Assembly: GCA_963709485.1 (NCBI GenBank)
Contig: CAVPWE010000001.1
Coordinates: 11,810-75,809 of the forward strand
DNA: 64,000 nucleotides
Direction of reading: 5' to 3'
From: an uncultured delta proteobacterium
Lineage (GTDB): Bacteria; Desulfobacterota; Syntrophia; Syntrophales; Fen-1087
Of this stretch, positions 38,870-49,305 are shown one piece after another. The notes under the pieces were generated by a model. That model was not told the origin of the DNA, made no database searches, and saw nothing but the letters and a program-made list of their open reading frames with translations. Numbering within the stretch: the stretch's first letter is position 1; the number at the start of each line of letters is the position of its first letter. The position numbers and the translations under genes are program-made.

Positions 38870-39556
38870 TCAGAAAGAGCTTTCCCAATTTTTGATTTTT
38901 TCGATTTCCGCCGAGAGCCACTGCGCCCAGTCGTCGATCCCCTGTCCGGTCCGGCAGGATACCGGAAAGATCCGGATGCCGGGATTCAGCCTGAGGACGC
39001 GCTCTTTCAGGGCTTCCATGTCGAAGTCGGAACCTTCGAGATAATCGGTTTTATTGACCACAAGGACATCGCATACGGAGAACATCAGAGGGTATTTGAG
39101 GGGTTTGTCATCCCCTTCGGGCACGCTGAGGATCATAACGCTGCGCGTCGAACCGATGTCGAATTCGGCCGGGCACACCAGGTTCCCGATGTTTTCGACG
39201 ATGATGGCATCCAGCGCAGCCATGTCCAGCTCTTTCAGGGCTCTCTCGATCATGGTTGCGTCCAGGTGGCAGAACCCGCCCGTCCGGATCTGCACGGCGG
39301 GGATGTCCTCCCGTATGATTTTTTCGGCGTCCACCTGGGAATCGATGTCCCCTTCGATGACGGCCATGCGGAATCTTTCCCTGAGGCGTTTCAGGGTCTG
39401 CAGGATCAGGCTGGTTTTGCCGCCTCCGGGAGAGGCCATGAGATTCATCAGGAAAACCCGCTTTCCGCGAAGATCGTCCCGGATCTGACCGGCGAGGGCC
39501 TGGTTGTCGGAAAGGATGTCTTCCTTGATATCGATCAGTTTGATTTCAGCCATCAC
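38870..39556 (-). CDS. hypB: Hydrogenase nickel-incorporation GTPase HypB
   Basis: P-loop SPGGGKTS, CHLDA, ENIGNLVCPAEFD and NKTDYL. Confidence 0.9.
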   Translation of the reverse strand: MMAEIKLIDIKEDILSDNQALAGQIRDDLRGKRVFLMNLMASPGGGKTSLILQTLKRLRERFRMAVIEGDIDSQVDAEKIIREDIPAVQIRTGGFCHLDATMIERALKELDMAALDAIIVENIGNLVCPAEFDIGSTRSVMILSVPEGDDKPLKYPLMFSVCDVLVVNKTDYLEGSDFDMEALKERVLRLNPGIRIFPVSCRTGQGIDDWAQWLSAEIEKIKNWESSF

Positions 39557-39903
39557 ATCACCTCGATATTCTTGATAAAAAATTCCCGGCCGGACTTCAG
39601 GCGGGCCTTGTTTCCACCGCAGGCCGGGCAGGCCGTGTCACGGACTTCCCTGATGTTGACCGGAAACTCCGTGCCGCAGGATTCGCATTGAAAAACGACA
39701 GGAACCCGCTCGATCTTGAGAACCGCCCCGGCTGCGACGGTTTTGTCGCTGAGGTAGTCGAAATAGCGCTGCATCCATTCATCGATGAGATCGGTCATTT
39801 CACCCACCCTCAGGCTGACAGCCACGACCCTTTGAACCTCGTGCTGACGGGCATGTTTGAGCACCACATTCAGAATGCTTTCCATTACGGACAATTCGTG
39901 CAT
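39553..39903 (-). CDS. hypA: Hydrogenase nickel-insertion protein HypA
   Basis: N-terminal MHELS and zinc site CESCG...CPACG. It overlaps hypB by 4 nt. Confidence 0.9.
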   Translation of the reverse strand: MHELSVMESILNVVLKHARQHEVQRVVAVSLRVGEMTDLIDEWMQRYFDYLSDKTVAAGAVLKIERVPVVFQCESCGTEFPVNIREVRDTACPACGGNKARLKSGREFFIKNIEVM

Positions 39904-40056
39904 CGGCGGAGGGGCTCGCGTCTTCGGGATTTGCGGGCATTATAAAAACAAGCATCCGTAATATCAATCAAAAAGTAATCAACAATCTGATTGACACTAC
40001 GGATTTGCTTCTCTATACTGCCGGCACTTTTCAGGATTCTGAACCGGAACCCCCTT

Positions 40057-40698
40057 ATGGAACTGCTCCTGTGGCTCATTGATATTTTTGTTCACCTCGA
40101 TCGCCATCTCGTCTGGCTCATTCAGAATTTCGGCGGATGGGCTTATCTTGTTGTCTTTCTCGTGGTTTTCTGTGAAACAGGCCTGGTTGTAACCCCGATC
40201 CTGCCCGGCGATTCCCTGCTTTTCGGCCTGGGCGCCCTGGCGGCCGTCGGCGGGCTCAATGTGGATTGGCTGTTCCTCCTGCTGTGCGTGGCTGCGATTG
40301 CCGGGGATACCGTCAACTACATGGTCGGGCATTATGTTGGCCCCCGTGTGTTTCAAGAAGACACGAGCCGTTTTTTCAAGAGGGAATACCTGGAGCGGAC
40401 ACACCGGTTCTATGAGAAACATGGGGGAAAAACCATTGTGATTGCAAGGTTTATCCCCATTATCCGGACGTTTGCTCCATTTGTCGCCGGGATCGGAAGC
40501 ATGACCTATTCCCATTTCATCGTTTACAATGTCACCGGGGGGATTTTATGGGTGGCGGTCTTCATCTTCGGCGGCTATTACTTCGGCAACCTGCCGGTGG
40601 TGAGACAGAACTTTACGCTGGTCATCGTTGCCATTATCATAATTTCCGTACTCCCCGGCGTGATTGAGTTCCTTCGGCAGCGCCGGAAACCGTCCTGA
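40057..40698 (+). CDS. DedA-family membrane protein
   Basis: FCETGLVVTPILPGDSLLF and the RFIPIIRTFAPFVAG motif. Confidence 0.8.
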   Translation: MELLLWLIDIFVHLDRHLVWLIQNFGGWAYLVVFLVVFCETGLVVTPILPGDSLLFGLGALAAVGGLNVDWLFLLLCVAAIAGDTVNYMVGHYVGPRVFQEDTSRFFKREYLERTHRFYEKHGGKTIVIARFIPIIRTFAPFVAGIGSMTYSHFIVYNVTGGILWVAVFIFGGYYFGNLPVVRQNFTLVIVAIIIISVLPGVIEFLRQRRKPS

Positions 40699-40798
40699 TG
40701 ATTGCATAAAAACCGGTGAAGATGTTTCGCGGGCAGCGTCGGAGCCTTTTTTGCAGAGCGTCTGTTTTGAAAAATATTTAAATGAAAGGGTTTCATCC

Positions 40799-41638
40799 AT
40801 GAACAGGGTTTTTGCCTGCTTTCTGTTTTTCCTGATGCTCCTGGGCTTTTCCACGGACGCCGGCGCGGAGCCGAACAGTCTCGTCAAGATCAACAGCGAT
40901 GTCGTGGTCGAAGAAAACATGAAGGTCCGGAACGTGGTCGTCTTCGGGGGGCAGATCACGGTCAACGGCACGGTTGAACAGCACGCCGTCGCCATCGGCG
41001 GCACCGTGGTGCTGGGCACGACGGCCGTCGTCAGGGGGGATGTGGTTGCCCTGGGCGGAATCGTCGTCGAGGGAAGGGGATCGAGTGTTTCGGGAACGAT
41101 CACCGAGATCAACTCTTCGAACATCTCTGCGGCCATATCCGATATTCTCAGCGACGACTGGGAGGGCTGGTCATGGCTGTTTGCCATCTTTTCGATCGTC
41201 ATCTTTGTCGGGATGCTCATCCTGGCCCTGCTCCTGGTCACGCTGATCCCAAAACCCATTCAGGTCATCGCTGCGGCCATCCGGACAAACACGCTCAAGG
41301 TCACCCTGGCGGGGCTTCTCTGTCTGCTTCTGATCGTGCCCCTTGCCGTGCTGCTGACCATATCCGTGGTCGGGATCGTCCTGATCCCGCTGGAGATCAT
41401 CCTGGTTGTTTGCGGCGCTTTGCTGGGCTTCATTGCCGTCTCGCAACTGGTCGGCCGGGGGGTGCTGCTGCGGATTAAAAAGTCCGAGGGGCGGATCGTC
41501 CTTCAGACATTCTGGGGGCTGGTGATCCTGTGGCTGGTCGGCTGGATCCCCTATGTGGGCTGGATGATCAAGGTCCTGGCCATTATCCTGGGCATGGGCG
41601 GGGTGATCATGACCCGTTTCGGAACGAAAGAGGTCTGA
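40799..41638 (+). CDS. Membrane protein with an N-terminal bactofilin-like beta-helical repeat region
   Basis: Signal peptide, repetitive V/G-rich repeats (VVVFGGQITVNGTV / AIGGTVVLGTTAVVRGDVVALGGIVV), then 4-5 TM helices. Confidence 0.45.
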   Translation: MNRVFACFLFFLMLLGFSTDAGAEPNSLVKINSDVVVEENMKVRNVVVFGGQITVNGTVEQHAVAIGGTVVLGTTAVVRGDVVALGGIVVEGRGSSVSGTITEINSSNISAAISDILSDDWEGWSWLFAIFSIVIFVGMLILALLLVTLIPKPIQVIAAAIRTNTLKVTLAGLLCLLLIVPLAVLLTISVVGIVLIPLEIILVVCGALLGFIAVSQLVGRGVLLRIKKSEGRIVLQTFWGLVILWLVGWIPYVGWMIKVLAIILGMGGVIMTRFGTKEV

Positions 41639-41653
41639 ATTGGGGGATTTGAA

Positions 41654-43534
41654 ATGACGGAGAAAAAACCCGCGCCCTGGCGGGAAAAAATCGTTTCCCC
41701 GGAACAGGCGCTGGAGCGCGTGCAACCGGGGATGAGCATCTTCCTGGGGACGGGCATGGCCGAACCCCGCACGCTGGTGAAGCACCTCATGGCGTCCGGC
41801 CAGCCGAACCTGCAGGATCTGGAGCTGATCCAGCTCATCAGCCTGGGGGACCCCCTATCGATCGATTCCCGCTATTCGAAAAAGTACCGCCTCAAAACCT
41901 TTTATGCAGGCTGGATGGCCAGCGAGTCCATTCGGGAGGGGCGGGTCGACCTGATTCCGAGCCGCTTTTCCCGCATTCCCTGGCTCTTCAAATCCGGAGC
42001 GATCCGGATCGACATCGCCTTCATCCAGATCACCCCCCCCAACGATTCCGGCTACGCCAGCCTGGGTGTGGGGGTGGATGTCGCCCGGCATGCCATGGAG
42101 CATGCCGATGTGGTCGTGGGCGAGATCAATGAATCGAGTCCCCACACCCTGGGGGACACGATCGTCCACGCCGACGAGTTCGACTGTCTGGTCCACGCCA
42201 CGGAGCCGCCCCTTTACCTCGCCCGATGGCCTGTGGACGAGGTTTATCAGAAACTGGCCGCGCACGTGGCATCCGTCATCCCGGACGGGAGCTGCTTTTC
42301 CTTCTCCATCGGCCCCCTCTACGATGCGCTGGCCCTCCACCTGGTGCGGAAGAAGCACCTCGGCGTTCACACCTCCTTCTTCACGGACGCCCTTATGGAC
42401 CTGGTGAAAAGCGGCGCCGTCACGAACCGCCGGAAGGCGTTCTACCCGGGTAAGTCGCTGACGTCCTATGCCCTCGGCACTGCCGAACTCATGCGCTGGC
42501 TGGACCGGAACCCGCTCGTGGAGTTCCAACCGATCGACGTCACGCACGAGCCGAAGAATGTCGGCATGAACAGCAATTACGTCGCCATCCTGCCGGCCCG
42601 CAAGGCGGACCTGACCGGGGACATCGCCCTGCATGCCGGCCGGGGAAACGTCACCGCGGGACCGGGCGTGGTCCAGGAGCTCTTTGCCGGTGCGGCGCTC
42701 TCCAAAAACGGCCGGACCCTCTTTGCCCTGCCCAGCCGGAACCGCAGGGGCGAGTCGAACATCGTCCTTTCCGTCGACGACTACCCCTATCAGTTTTCCA
42801 ACCGGGAATCCCTCGACATGGTGATCACCGAGTACGGCGTGGCTTATCTGACGGGCCGGACCGTCCGCGAGCGGTCGCAGGCCCTGATCGATATCGCCCA
42901 TCCGGACGACCGGGCAGGGCTGGTCCGGCAGGCCAAGGAGTCCAGGCTGCTTTACGCGGACCAGATCTACCTGGCCGAGTCGGGGCGCCTTTATCCGGAA
43001 AAGATCGCCTGTTCCCATGCCTTCAAGGGCGACCTGACGGTCCGCTTCCGGGCCATCAAGCCCTCGGACGAGGACGAGATGCGCCGGCTGTTTTACCGCT
43101 TTTCCGATCAGGCGGTCTACTACCGCTACTTCAGCCCCGTCAAGACCATGCCCCATGTCCGCATGCAGGAGTATGTCAATGTGGACTATGTCAACACCAT
43201 GTCCATCGTCGGCATCGTCGCGGAATCGGGTCTGGAGAAAATCATTGCCGAGGGCCGCTATGTCCGCCGAAAGGACATGGACCGGCCCTTTGCCGACACT
43301 GCCTTTGTCGTGGACGAAGATTATCAGGGGCGGGGGATTGCGACCTTCCTGTTCGACCTGCTCATTCGCGTGGCCCGGGAGCAGGGCGTGGAGGGTTTCA
43401 CGGCGGATGTCCTGGCGGACAACAAATCCATGCTGAAGGTTTTTGAAAAGGCGCCCTTCCCGGTCAAGGCCGTCCTGAACTACGGCGCCTACGAACTGAC
43501 GATCCCCTTCGTGGACAAGAACGACGCCTCCTGA
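41654..43534 (+). CDS. Acetyl-CoA hydrolase/transferase-family protein fused to a C-terminal GNAT acetyltransferase domain
   Basis: The N-terminal ~420 aa have the acetyl-CoA hydrolase/transferase pattern. The C-terminus has the GNAT motif DEDYQGRGIATFLFDLL. Confidence 0.7.
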   Translation: MTEKKPAPWREKIVSPEQALERVQPGMSIFLGTGMAEPRTLVKHLMASGQPNLQDLELIQLISLGDPLSIDSRYSKKYRLKTFYAGWMASESIREGRVDLIPSRFSRIPWLFKSGAIRIDIAFIQITPPNDSGYASLGVGVDVARHAMEHADVVVGEINESSPHTLGDTIVHADEFDCLVHATEPPLYLARWPVDEVYQKLAAHVASVIPDGSCFSFSIGPLYDALALHLVRKKHLGVHTSFFTDALMDLVKSGAVTNRRKAFYPGKSLTSYALGTAELMRWLDRNPLVEFQPIDVTHEPKNVGMNSNYVAILPARKADLTGDIALHAGRGNVTAGPGVVQELFAGAALSKNGRTLFALPSRNRRGESNIVLSVDDYPYQFSNRESLDMVITEYGVAYLTGRTVRERSQALIDIAHPDDRAGLVRQAKESRLLYADQIYLAESGRLYPEKIACSHAFKGDLTVRFRAIKPSDEDEMRRLFYRFSDQAVYYRYFSPVKTMPHVRMQEYVNVDYVNTMSIVGIVAESGLEKIIAEGRYVRRKDMDRPFADTAFVVDEDYQGRGIATFLFDLLIRVAREQGVEGFTADVLADNKSMLKVFEKAPFPVKAVLNYGAYELTIPFVDKNDAS

Positions 43535-46350
43535 CCCGGGTCCGGCAGAGTCCTGCGCAAGTAGCGGCCGGTGTGGGACGCCTCGTTCGCGGCCACCTCC
43601 TCCGGGGTTCCCGCGGCAACGATCCGGCCTCCGCCGGGTCCTCCCTCCGGGCCCAGATCGATCAGGTAATCCGCCGATTTGATGATGTCCAGGTTGTGCT
43701 CGATGACCACCACGGTGTTCCCCATGTCAACCAGCCGCATCAGCACATCGACCAGTTTCTGGATATCGGCAAAGTGCAGGCCGATGGTGGGCTCGTCCAG
43801 GATGTAGAGGGTGTTGCTGTTTGTCCTCTTGCCGAGCTCCCGGGAAAGCTTGATCCGCTGGGCTTCACCTCCGGAGAGGGTGGTCGCGGACTGTCCGAGG
43901 CGGAGGTAGCCCAGGCCCACCTCGAACAGGAGCTGAAGCTTGGACCGGACGGCGGGGATGTTCTCGAAGAAGGAGAGGCCCTGGCTGACCGTCATGTCCA
44001 GGACCTCGGCGATGTTCTTTTCCTTGTAGCGGATCTCGAGGGTGTCCGGGTTGAAGCGCTTCCCGCGGCAGGCATCGCAGGTCACGTAAACGTCGGGCAG
44101 GAAGTGCATCTCGATCTTGATCAGGCCGTTCCCTTCGCAGGCCTCGCATCTTCCGCCCTTGACGTTGAAGCTGAAACGGCCGGGCTTGTATCCCCGGATC
44201 CTCGATTCGCTCAGCCCGGTGAAGAGGTCCCGGATCGGGGTGAACGCGCCGGTGTAGGTGACCGGGTTGGAACGGGGGGTCCGCCCGATCGGCTGCTGGT
44301 TCATCAGGATGACCCGTTCGATGCCGCCCAGGTCCGCAATCCGGCGGATCTTTCCCGAAGCGCCCTTCTGCCGGTAAAGTCTTCGGGCCATCACCTTGCA
44401 GAGCGTTTCGATGATCATCGTGCTCTTTCCCGAGCCGGACACCCCGGTCACGGCGGTGAAGAGGCCCACCGGAATTTTGATGTCGATGTCGCGCAGGTTG
44501 TGCTCGTGGGCCCCCTCCAGAAGGATGTACCGCGCGGGCAGCGGCCTCCGCCGCTCCGGGACGGGAATGGTCCGCCTGCCCGAGAGGTACTGCCCGGTCA
44601 GGGACTCTTCCGCCCGGCAGATCTCTTCCGGCGTTCCCTGAAAGACGACCTCTCCGCCGTGGATGCCGGCTCCGGGCCCCATGTCGATGATGTGGTCGGC
44701 CGACATCATCATGTCCATGTCGTGTTCGACCACCAGCACCGTGTTTCCCATGTCCCGCAGTTTCTTGAGGGTGGCGATCAGCCGGATGTTGTCCCGCTGG
44801 TGCAGCCCCACCGTCGGCTCGTCGAGGACATAGAGAACGCCCACCAGCCCCGATCCGATCTGCGTCGCCAGCCGGATGCGCTGCCCTTCTCCCCCGGAGA
44901 GACTGCCGGAGGCCCGTTCCAGCGTGATGTAGTCCATGCCCACGTCCATCAGGAACCGCAGGCGCTCGTGGATTTCCTTCAGGATCCGTTCCGAGATGAG
45001 GATCTCCTGTTCCGTCAGTCGCAGCGACGCGAAGAAATCGAGGCACTCCCCGATGGACAGCCGGCATAGCCCGTAGATGCTCCGGCTCTGAATGGTGACG
45101 GACAGGCTTTCCTTCTTCAGACGGGCGCCCCGGCAGCCGGGGCATTCCCTGAGGTTGATGTACCTGGACAGGTCCATGCGGACGGCGTTGGAAGCCGTTT
45201 CCCGGTATCTGCGGTTAAGCTGGTTGAGCACCCCTTCGAAAGGCCTGCTGTAAAAATAGCGCCGCCCGCCGCGGTCGGCATGAAACCTGATTTTCTCCGT
45301 TCCGGAACCGTTGAGAAGCATGTTCCGGATCCCTTCAGGAAGCTGGCGAAAGGGGGTGTTGATGTCGAAACGGTAATGCTGGGACAGGGCGTCCAGCATC
45401 TGGTGGTAGTGCAGGGAGTTCCGGCCGGCCCAGGGCAGGATGGCCCCCTCGCGTATGGATAGTTCGGGATCGGGAACCACCAGCTCGTCGTCGAAATACA
45501 TCCGCGTGCCGAGCCCGCCGCAGTCCGGGCAGGCCCCGTAAGGGCTGTTGAAGGAAAACATGCGGGGCGCCAGTTCCGGGACGCTGATGCCGCACTGGGC
45601 ACAGGCGTACCGTTCGCTGAAGAGGATTTCCTCGCCGCCCGCCGCGTCGATGCTGACGAGCCCGCCGGTCAGCCGGGATGCCGTTTCCAGAGAATCCCGA
45701 AGGCGTTTGCGGATCCCTTCCCGAATGATCAGCCGGTCCACGACGACGTCGATGTCATGGCGCCTGTTCTTGTCGAGGGCGATTTCCTCGCCCAGGTCTC
45801 TCATCCGGCCGTCGACGCGGACCCGGACGAAGCCGTCCTTCAGCAGTTTTTTGAATTCCTTTTGAAATTCGCCCTTCTTTCCCCTGACCAGGGGGGCAAG
45901 GAGGTTGATCCGCGTATTGTCGGGAAAGGCAAGGACCTGATCCACCATCATGTCGATGGTCTGTGCCTTGATTTCCTTTCCGCACTGATGGCAGTGGGGA
46001 ATGCCGATCCTGGCGAAGAGAAGGCGTAGGTAATCGTAGATCTCGGTGACCGTTCCCACCGTCGAGCGGGGATTCTGGCTGGCGGCCCGCTGTTCGATGG
46101 CAATGGCCGGCGAGAGGCCTTCGATCGATTCGACATCGGGCTTGTCCATCTGGCCGATGAACTGCCGGGCGTAGGTCGATAGCGACTCCACGTACCGGCG
46201 CTGCCCTTCGGCGTAGATGGTGTCGAAGGCCAGGGAGGACTTGCCGGAGCCGCTGAGGCCGGTAATGATGACAAGCCGGTCCCTGGGGATGTCGATGCTG
46301 ATGTGCTTCAGATTGTGCTGGGCGGCGCCCTTGATGCGAATGTAGTTCAA
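43489..46350 (-). CDS. uvrA: Excinuclease ABC subunit A
   Basis: Two ABC modules (GLSGSGKSSLAFDT, GVSGSGKST, LSGGE x2), zinc-finger Cys pairs and 953 aa. Confidence 0.97.
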   Translation of the reverse strand: MNYIRIKGAAQHNLKHISIDIPRDRLVIITGLSGSGKSSLAFDTIYAEGQRRYVESLSTYARQFIGQMDKPDVESIEGLSPAIAIEQRAASQNPRSTVGTVTEIYDYLRLLFARIGIPHCHQCGKEIKAQTIDMMVDQVLAFPDNTRINLLAPLVRGKKGEFQKEFKKLLKDGFVRVRVDGRMRDLGEEIALDKNRRHDIDVVVDRLIIREGIRKRLRDSLETASRLTGGLVSIDAAGGEEILFSERYACAQCGISVPELAPRMFSFNSPYGACPDCGGLGTRMYFDDELVVPDPELSIREGAILPWAGRNSLHYHQMLDALSQHYRFDINTPFRQLPEGIRNMLLNGSGTEKIRFHADRGGRRYFYSRPFEGVLNQLNRRYRETASNAVRMDLSRYINLRECPGCRGARLKKESLSVTIQSRSIYGLCRLSIGECLDFFASLRLTEQEILISERILKEIHERLRFLMDVGMDYITLERASGSLSGGEGQRIRLATQIGSGLVGVLYVLDEPTVGLHQRDNIRLIATLKKLRDMGNTVLVVEHDMDMMMSADHIIDMGPGAGIHGGEVVFQGTPEEICRAEESLTGQYLSGRRTIPVPERRRPLPARYILLEGAHEHNLRDIDIKIPVGLFTAVTGVSGSGKSTMIIETLCKVMARRLYRQKGASGKIRRIADLGGIERVILMNQQPIGRTPRSNPVTYTGAFTPIRDLFTGLSESRIRGYKPGRFSFNVKGGRCEACEGNGLIKIEMHFLPDVYVTCDACRGKRFNPDTLEIRYKEKNIAEVLDMTVSQGLSFFENIPAVRSKLQLLFEVGLGYLRLGQSATTLSGGEAQRIKLSRELGKRTNSNTLYILDEPTIGLHFADIQKLVDVLMRLVDMGNTVVVIEHNLDIIKSADYLIDLGPEGGPGGGRIVAAGTPEEVAANEASHTGRYLRRTLPDPGQEASFLSTKGIVSS

Positions 46351-46495
46351 CTTGAACCGTCTCGAAAGGTATCGTCATTCCCGCGGGTTCGGGACGACTG
46401 TTCATGGCGGGGGCGGGACGGTGCGCCCTCCGGCGTGAAGCCCGTCCCTGCAGATGCGGCGTGAATGCCGGTCTGTGTGATGCCGGGCCGGGTTT

Positions 46496-47479
46496 TTAGG
46501 GAGCCGCCGATTTCTTGATCTCGATGCGGGATTGCCTGCGGAGATCGCCGATCCACTGCTCGTATTTTTTTTCCGTCTTTTCATCCTCGAGCTTCGTTTT
46601 GATCTCCTCGCGAATGGCTTCGATGGGTTTTTTTCCGCCCCCCCGCTTGTCCAGGACTTTGATGATGTGAAAACCCACGGGCGAGGCGATGACCTCGCTG
46701 ATCTCGTCGATCTTCAGCCTTTCCGCCGCCTGGTCGACTTCGGGAAGCATCGTGCCCGCTTCAACGAACCCGATGTCGCCGCCCGCGGCAGCCGCCGGTC
46801 CCTGCGAAAACCGGGCAGCCAGCAGGTCGAAGGATTCCCCGTCTTTCAGCCGCTTGCGGATGCTCTCGGCATCCTCGAGCCGTTTCGCTCTTCTGGCGCG
46901 ATCCTGGTTTTCAGGCGCCAGGAGCAGGATCTGCTTGATCCGGAAAGACTCCTTGCCTTCGTAATCCTCCCGGTGCTTGACGTAATAGTCGCCGATCTCC
47001 TCATCGGTAACCATGATGCCCAAACGGATTTCCCGGCGCAGCAGCCGCATCCGGACCATCTGATCCCGGATTTCCCGCTTGTAGGCGTCGAATGTTGACC
47101 CTTCCCGCTCCAGCGTCTTCAGAAAATCATCCATCTGGATGTTTCTTTTGTCCAGGAGGTCCTTGATGGCGGCCATGACTTCCTCGTCGCGCACCGTCAA
47201 CCCCTGCTTGGCCGCCCGCTGCTCGATGAGTTTGCCGTCGATCATCCGGCTCAGGACGTGCATTCTGCCTTCGGCGATGACCTTATCCCTGTCCGAACCC
47301 TTGTAGGAGGCCTCGATCCGCTTCTGAACCAGCGCAAAAGCGGACTCCAGCTCGTTCTCGGTGATGATGTCGTTGTTCACCACGGCAATGATGCGATCGA
47401 CCGTGGCGGCATGCGCGGCTGCGGCGGCCAGCCACAGTCCGGCAAAAAGTGCGATCAGGATGCGGTTTCCCTTCTTCAA
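46496..47479 (-). CDS. Periplasmic peptidyl-prolyl isomerase, SurA/PpiC-type
   Basis: Signal peptide ending AAHA, a SurA-like N-terminal chaperone region and a C-terminal parvulin domain (GGDIGFVEAG...GFHIIKV). TTG start after GGAGG. Confidence 0.75.
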   Translation of the reverse strand: MKKGNRILIALFAGLWLAAAAAHAATVDRIIAVVNNDIITENELESAFALVQKRIEASYKGSDRDKVIAEGRMHVLSRMIDGKLIEQRAAKQGLTVRDEEVMAAIKDLLDKRNIQMDDFLKTLEREGSTFDAYKREIRDQMVRMRLLRREIRLGIMVTDEEIGDYYVKHREDYEGKESFRIKQILLLAPENQDRARRAKRLEDAESIRKRLKDGESFDLLAARFSQGPAAAAGGDIGFVEAGTMLPEVDQAAERLKIDEISEVIASPVGFHIIKVLDKRGGGKKPIEAIREEIKTKLEDEKTEKKYEQWIGDLRRQSRIEIKKSAAP

Positions 47480-47701
47480 AATAAACCTCCGGGGCTGTGC
47501 GACAGGACCTGCAATCAGGATTAATTTGTATATCTGCCTGTTTATCATGTCCCGCGTCAAGTAAAAAGATTGAACCAGACGGGAACGGCATGAAGGCATT
47601 GGCGCAAAGGGGGATCCAAATAATCGCTTGAAGTCGGCAGACAAAGCATATATACAGCTTCTGTCTTGAAAATACCGTACGGGAACGGGAGATTGCGGGA
47701 G

Positions 47702-48529
47702 ATGCCCAAAATGCTCAAAGAGTCACTGAAAACCATTGAAAGCTACAAATCGACGAGCCCTCACTATGAGGAGCTGCTCGACGTTCTGGGGGATATTCTG
47801 ATCCTGCGCGAGGAGTACCGCCGAAAGATGCCGGAAGGACTGTTTCCGGTCGACGAGAGCCTGATCGGGAAGAAAATGGCGGGCGGCCTGCCGCTCATCG
47901 ACTTTTCCGTGGGGCATTTCGACCTGTCCAGACCGAAGGAATACTTTCTGGCCCTCCTCGAGGTGGCGGAGAAGCGGGCGCCCGGCGAAACCGGGGCGCT
48001 GGTCGAGAAGATCGAGAGCGGCGCCGTCGACTATGAAAAAATGGTCCTTAATTCCTTCTTCACTCGCGAGGAGGACGACGACGAGGAACCGGAGGAAGAC
48101 TTCTTCGATCTGGTCGAGCTGTTTCTCGAAGAGAGCCTGAGGCCGTCTCTGGAAGAGGTCGCGAAAAAATATGCCGATTCCATTCGCTGCTGCCAGTGGT
48201 CTGAAGGATATTGCCCGGTCTGCGGGAAGGAACCCAAAATCGGACAAATCCGCGAGGAGATCGGGCGCTTCCTGTTCTGCAACCAGTGCGGCTTTGAATG
48301 GCACTTTCCAAGGATCAAATGCCCCTTCTGCGGCAACGAGGAGCAGCAGACCCTGTCCTATTTCACCGTCGAGGGCGATGAGCGGTACCGCGTCGACGTC
48401 TGCAACGAGTGCAAGCGGTACATCAAGATCGTCGACTTCCGGGAATCCAAGAAGGACGCGAACATGGACGTCGAGGACATCGCCACCCTCCACCTGGACA
48501 TCCTGGCCAACGAAGAGGGTTATGAATGA
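47702..48529 (+). CDS. fdhE: Formate dehydrogenase accessory protein FdhE
   Basis: Four CxxC pairs in FdhE spacing (CPVCG, CNQCG, CPFCG, CNEC). The ATG at 47711 is also possible. Confidence 0.8.
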   Translation: MPKMLKESLKTIESYKSTSPHYEELLDVLGDILILREEYRRKMPEGLFPVDESLIGKKMAGGLPLIDFSVGHFDLSRPKEYFLALLEVAEKRAPGETGALVEKIESGAVDYEKMVLNSFFTREEDDDEEPEEDFFDLVELFLEESLRPSLEEVAKKYADSIRCCQWSEGYCPVCGKEPKIGQIREEIGRFLFCNQCGFEWHFPRIKCPFCGNEEQQTLSYFTVEGDERYRVDVCNECKRYIKIVDFRESKKDANMDVEDIATLHLDILANEEGYE

Positions 48530-49178
48530 CGGGGACATCCGCGGGATCATCCGCGCGCTGCGGAAAAACCTGGAATCCTGGGGCATGCCCATCGTGTCCC
48601 ACCTGGCGGAGGAGAGGCGCGACCCCTTCGAGATCCTGATCTCGACCCTCCTGAGCCTGCGGACGAAGGACGAGGTCACCGCCGCGGCGTCGGAGAGGCT
48701 TTTCCGGCTGGCCGATACGCCGGCCCGAATGCTCGGGCTTTCGGAGGCGGTCATCGCCAAAGCCATCTATCCGGTCGGTTTCTATCGCAACAAGGCCGGG
48801 ACGATCCGCGAGATCTGCGGGGAACTGATCCGCCGGTTCGAGGCCACCGTCCCCGACGACATCGATACGCTGCTCACGCTGCGGGGCGTCGGCCGGAAGA
48901 CGGCGAACCTCGTGGTTTCGCTCGGCTACGGCAAGCCGGGGATGTGCGTGGATACGCATGTGCACCGGATCTCCAACCGCCTCGGATACGTCTCCACGAA
49001 AACCCCCGAGGAGACGGAATTTGCCCTGAGGGCGAAGCTGCCCCGGCCCTACTGGACGGATTACAATACCCTGATGGTAACCTTCGGGCGGCAGGTCTGC
49101 CGGCCCGTTTCCCCCCTTTGCAGCCGCTGTCCGGTGTTCCGCTTTTGCGACCGGAAAAATGTCGTCCGAAGCCGCTGA
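48522..49178 (+). CDS. nth: Endonuclease III
   Basis: HhH-GPD LRGVGRKTANLV, catalytic DTHVHR and the Fe-S cluster CRPVSPLCSRCPVFRFC. It overlaps fdhE by 8 nt. Confidence 0.9.
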   Translation: MNDGDIRGIIRALRKNLESWGMPIVSHLAEERRDPFEILISTLLSLRTKDEVTAAASERLFRLADTPARMLGLSEAVIAKAIYPVGFYRNKAGTIREICGELIRRFEATVPDDIDTLLTLRGVGRKTANLVVSLGYGKPGMCVDTHVHRISNRLGYVSTKTPEETEFALRAKLPRPYWTDYNTLMVTFGRQVCRPVSPLCSRCPVFRFCDRKNVVRSR

Positions 49179-49220
49179 TCCGGCCCGGCAATCCGCGCCT
49201 TCACCGCCGCCAAAAAAGGA

Positions 49221-49249
49221 TTGACTTAAACAGGTTGTGCCGCTATGAT
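49221..49249 (+). promoter_or_regulatory. Sigma-70 promoter of the gap-tpiA-secG operon
   Basis: TTGACT (49221-49226), a 17-nt spacer, then TATGAT (49244-49249). Confidence 0.6.
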
Positions 49250-49305
49250 CCGCTCGCTTCGGCGAGCAGTTCCAAATATCTCGGGATCGAGCAAGGAGGT
49301 TCATC

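Noticed and set aside
38830-38875. Possible Fur box (AAAATAATGATCAG) upstream of the ferritin gene.
   Set aside because: Only about half of the 19-bp Fur consensus is matched, and the site overlaps the hypB stop region. This is too weak to call without a scoring matrix.
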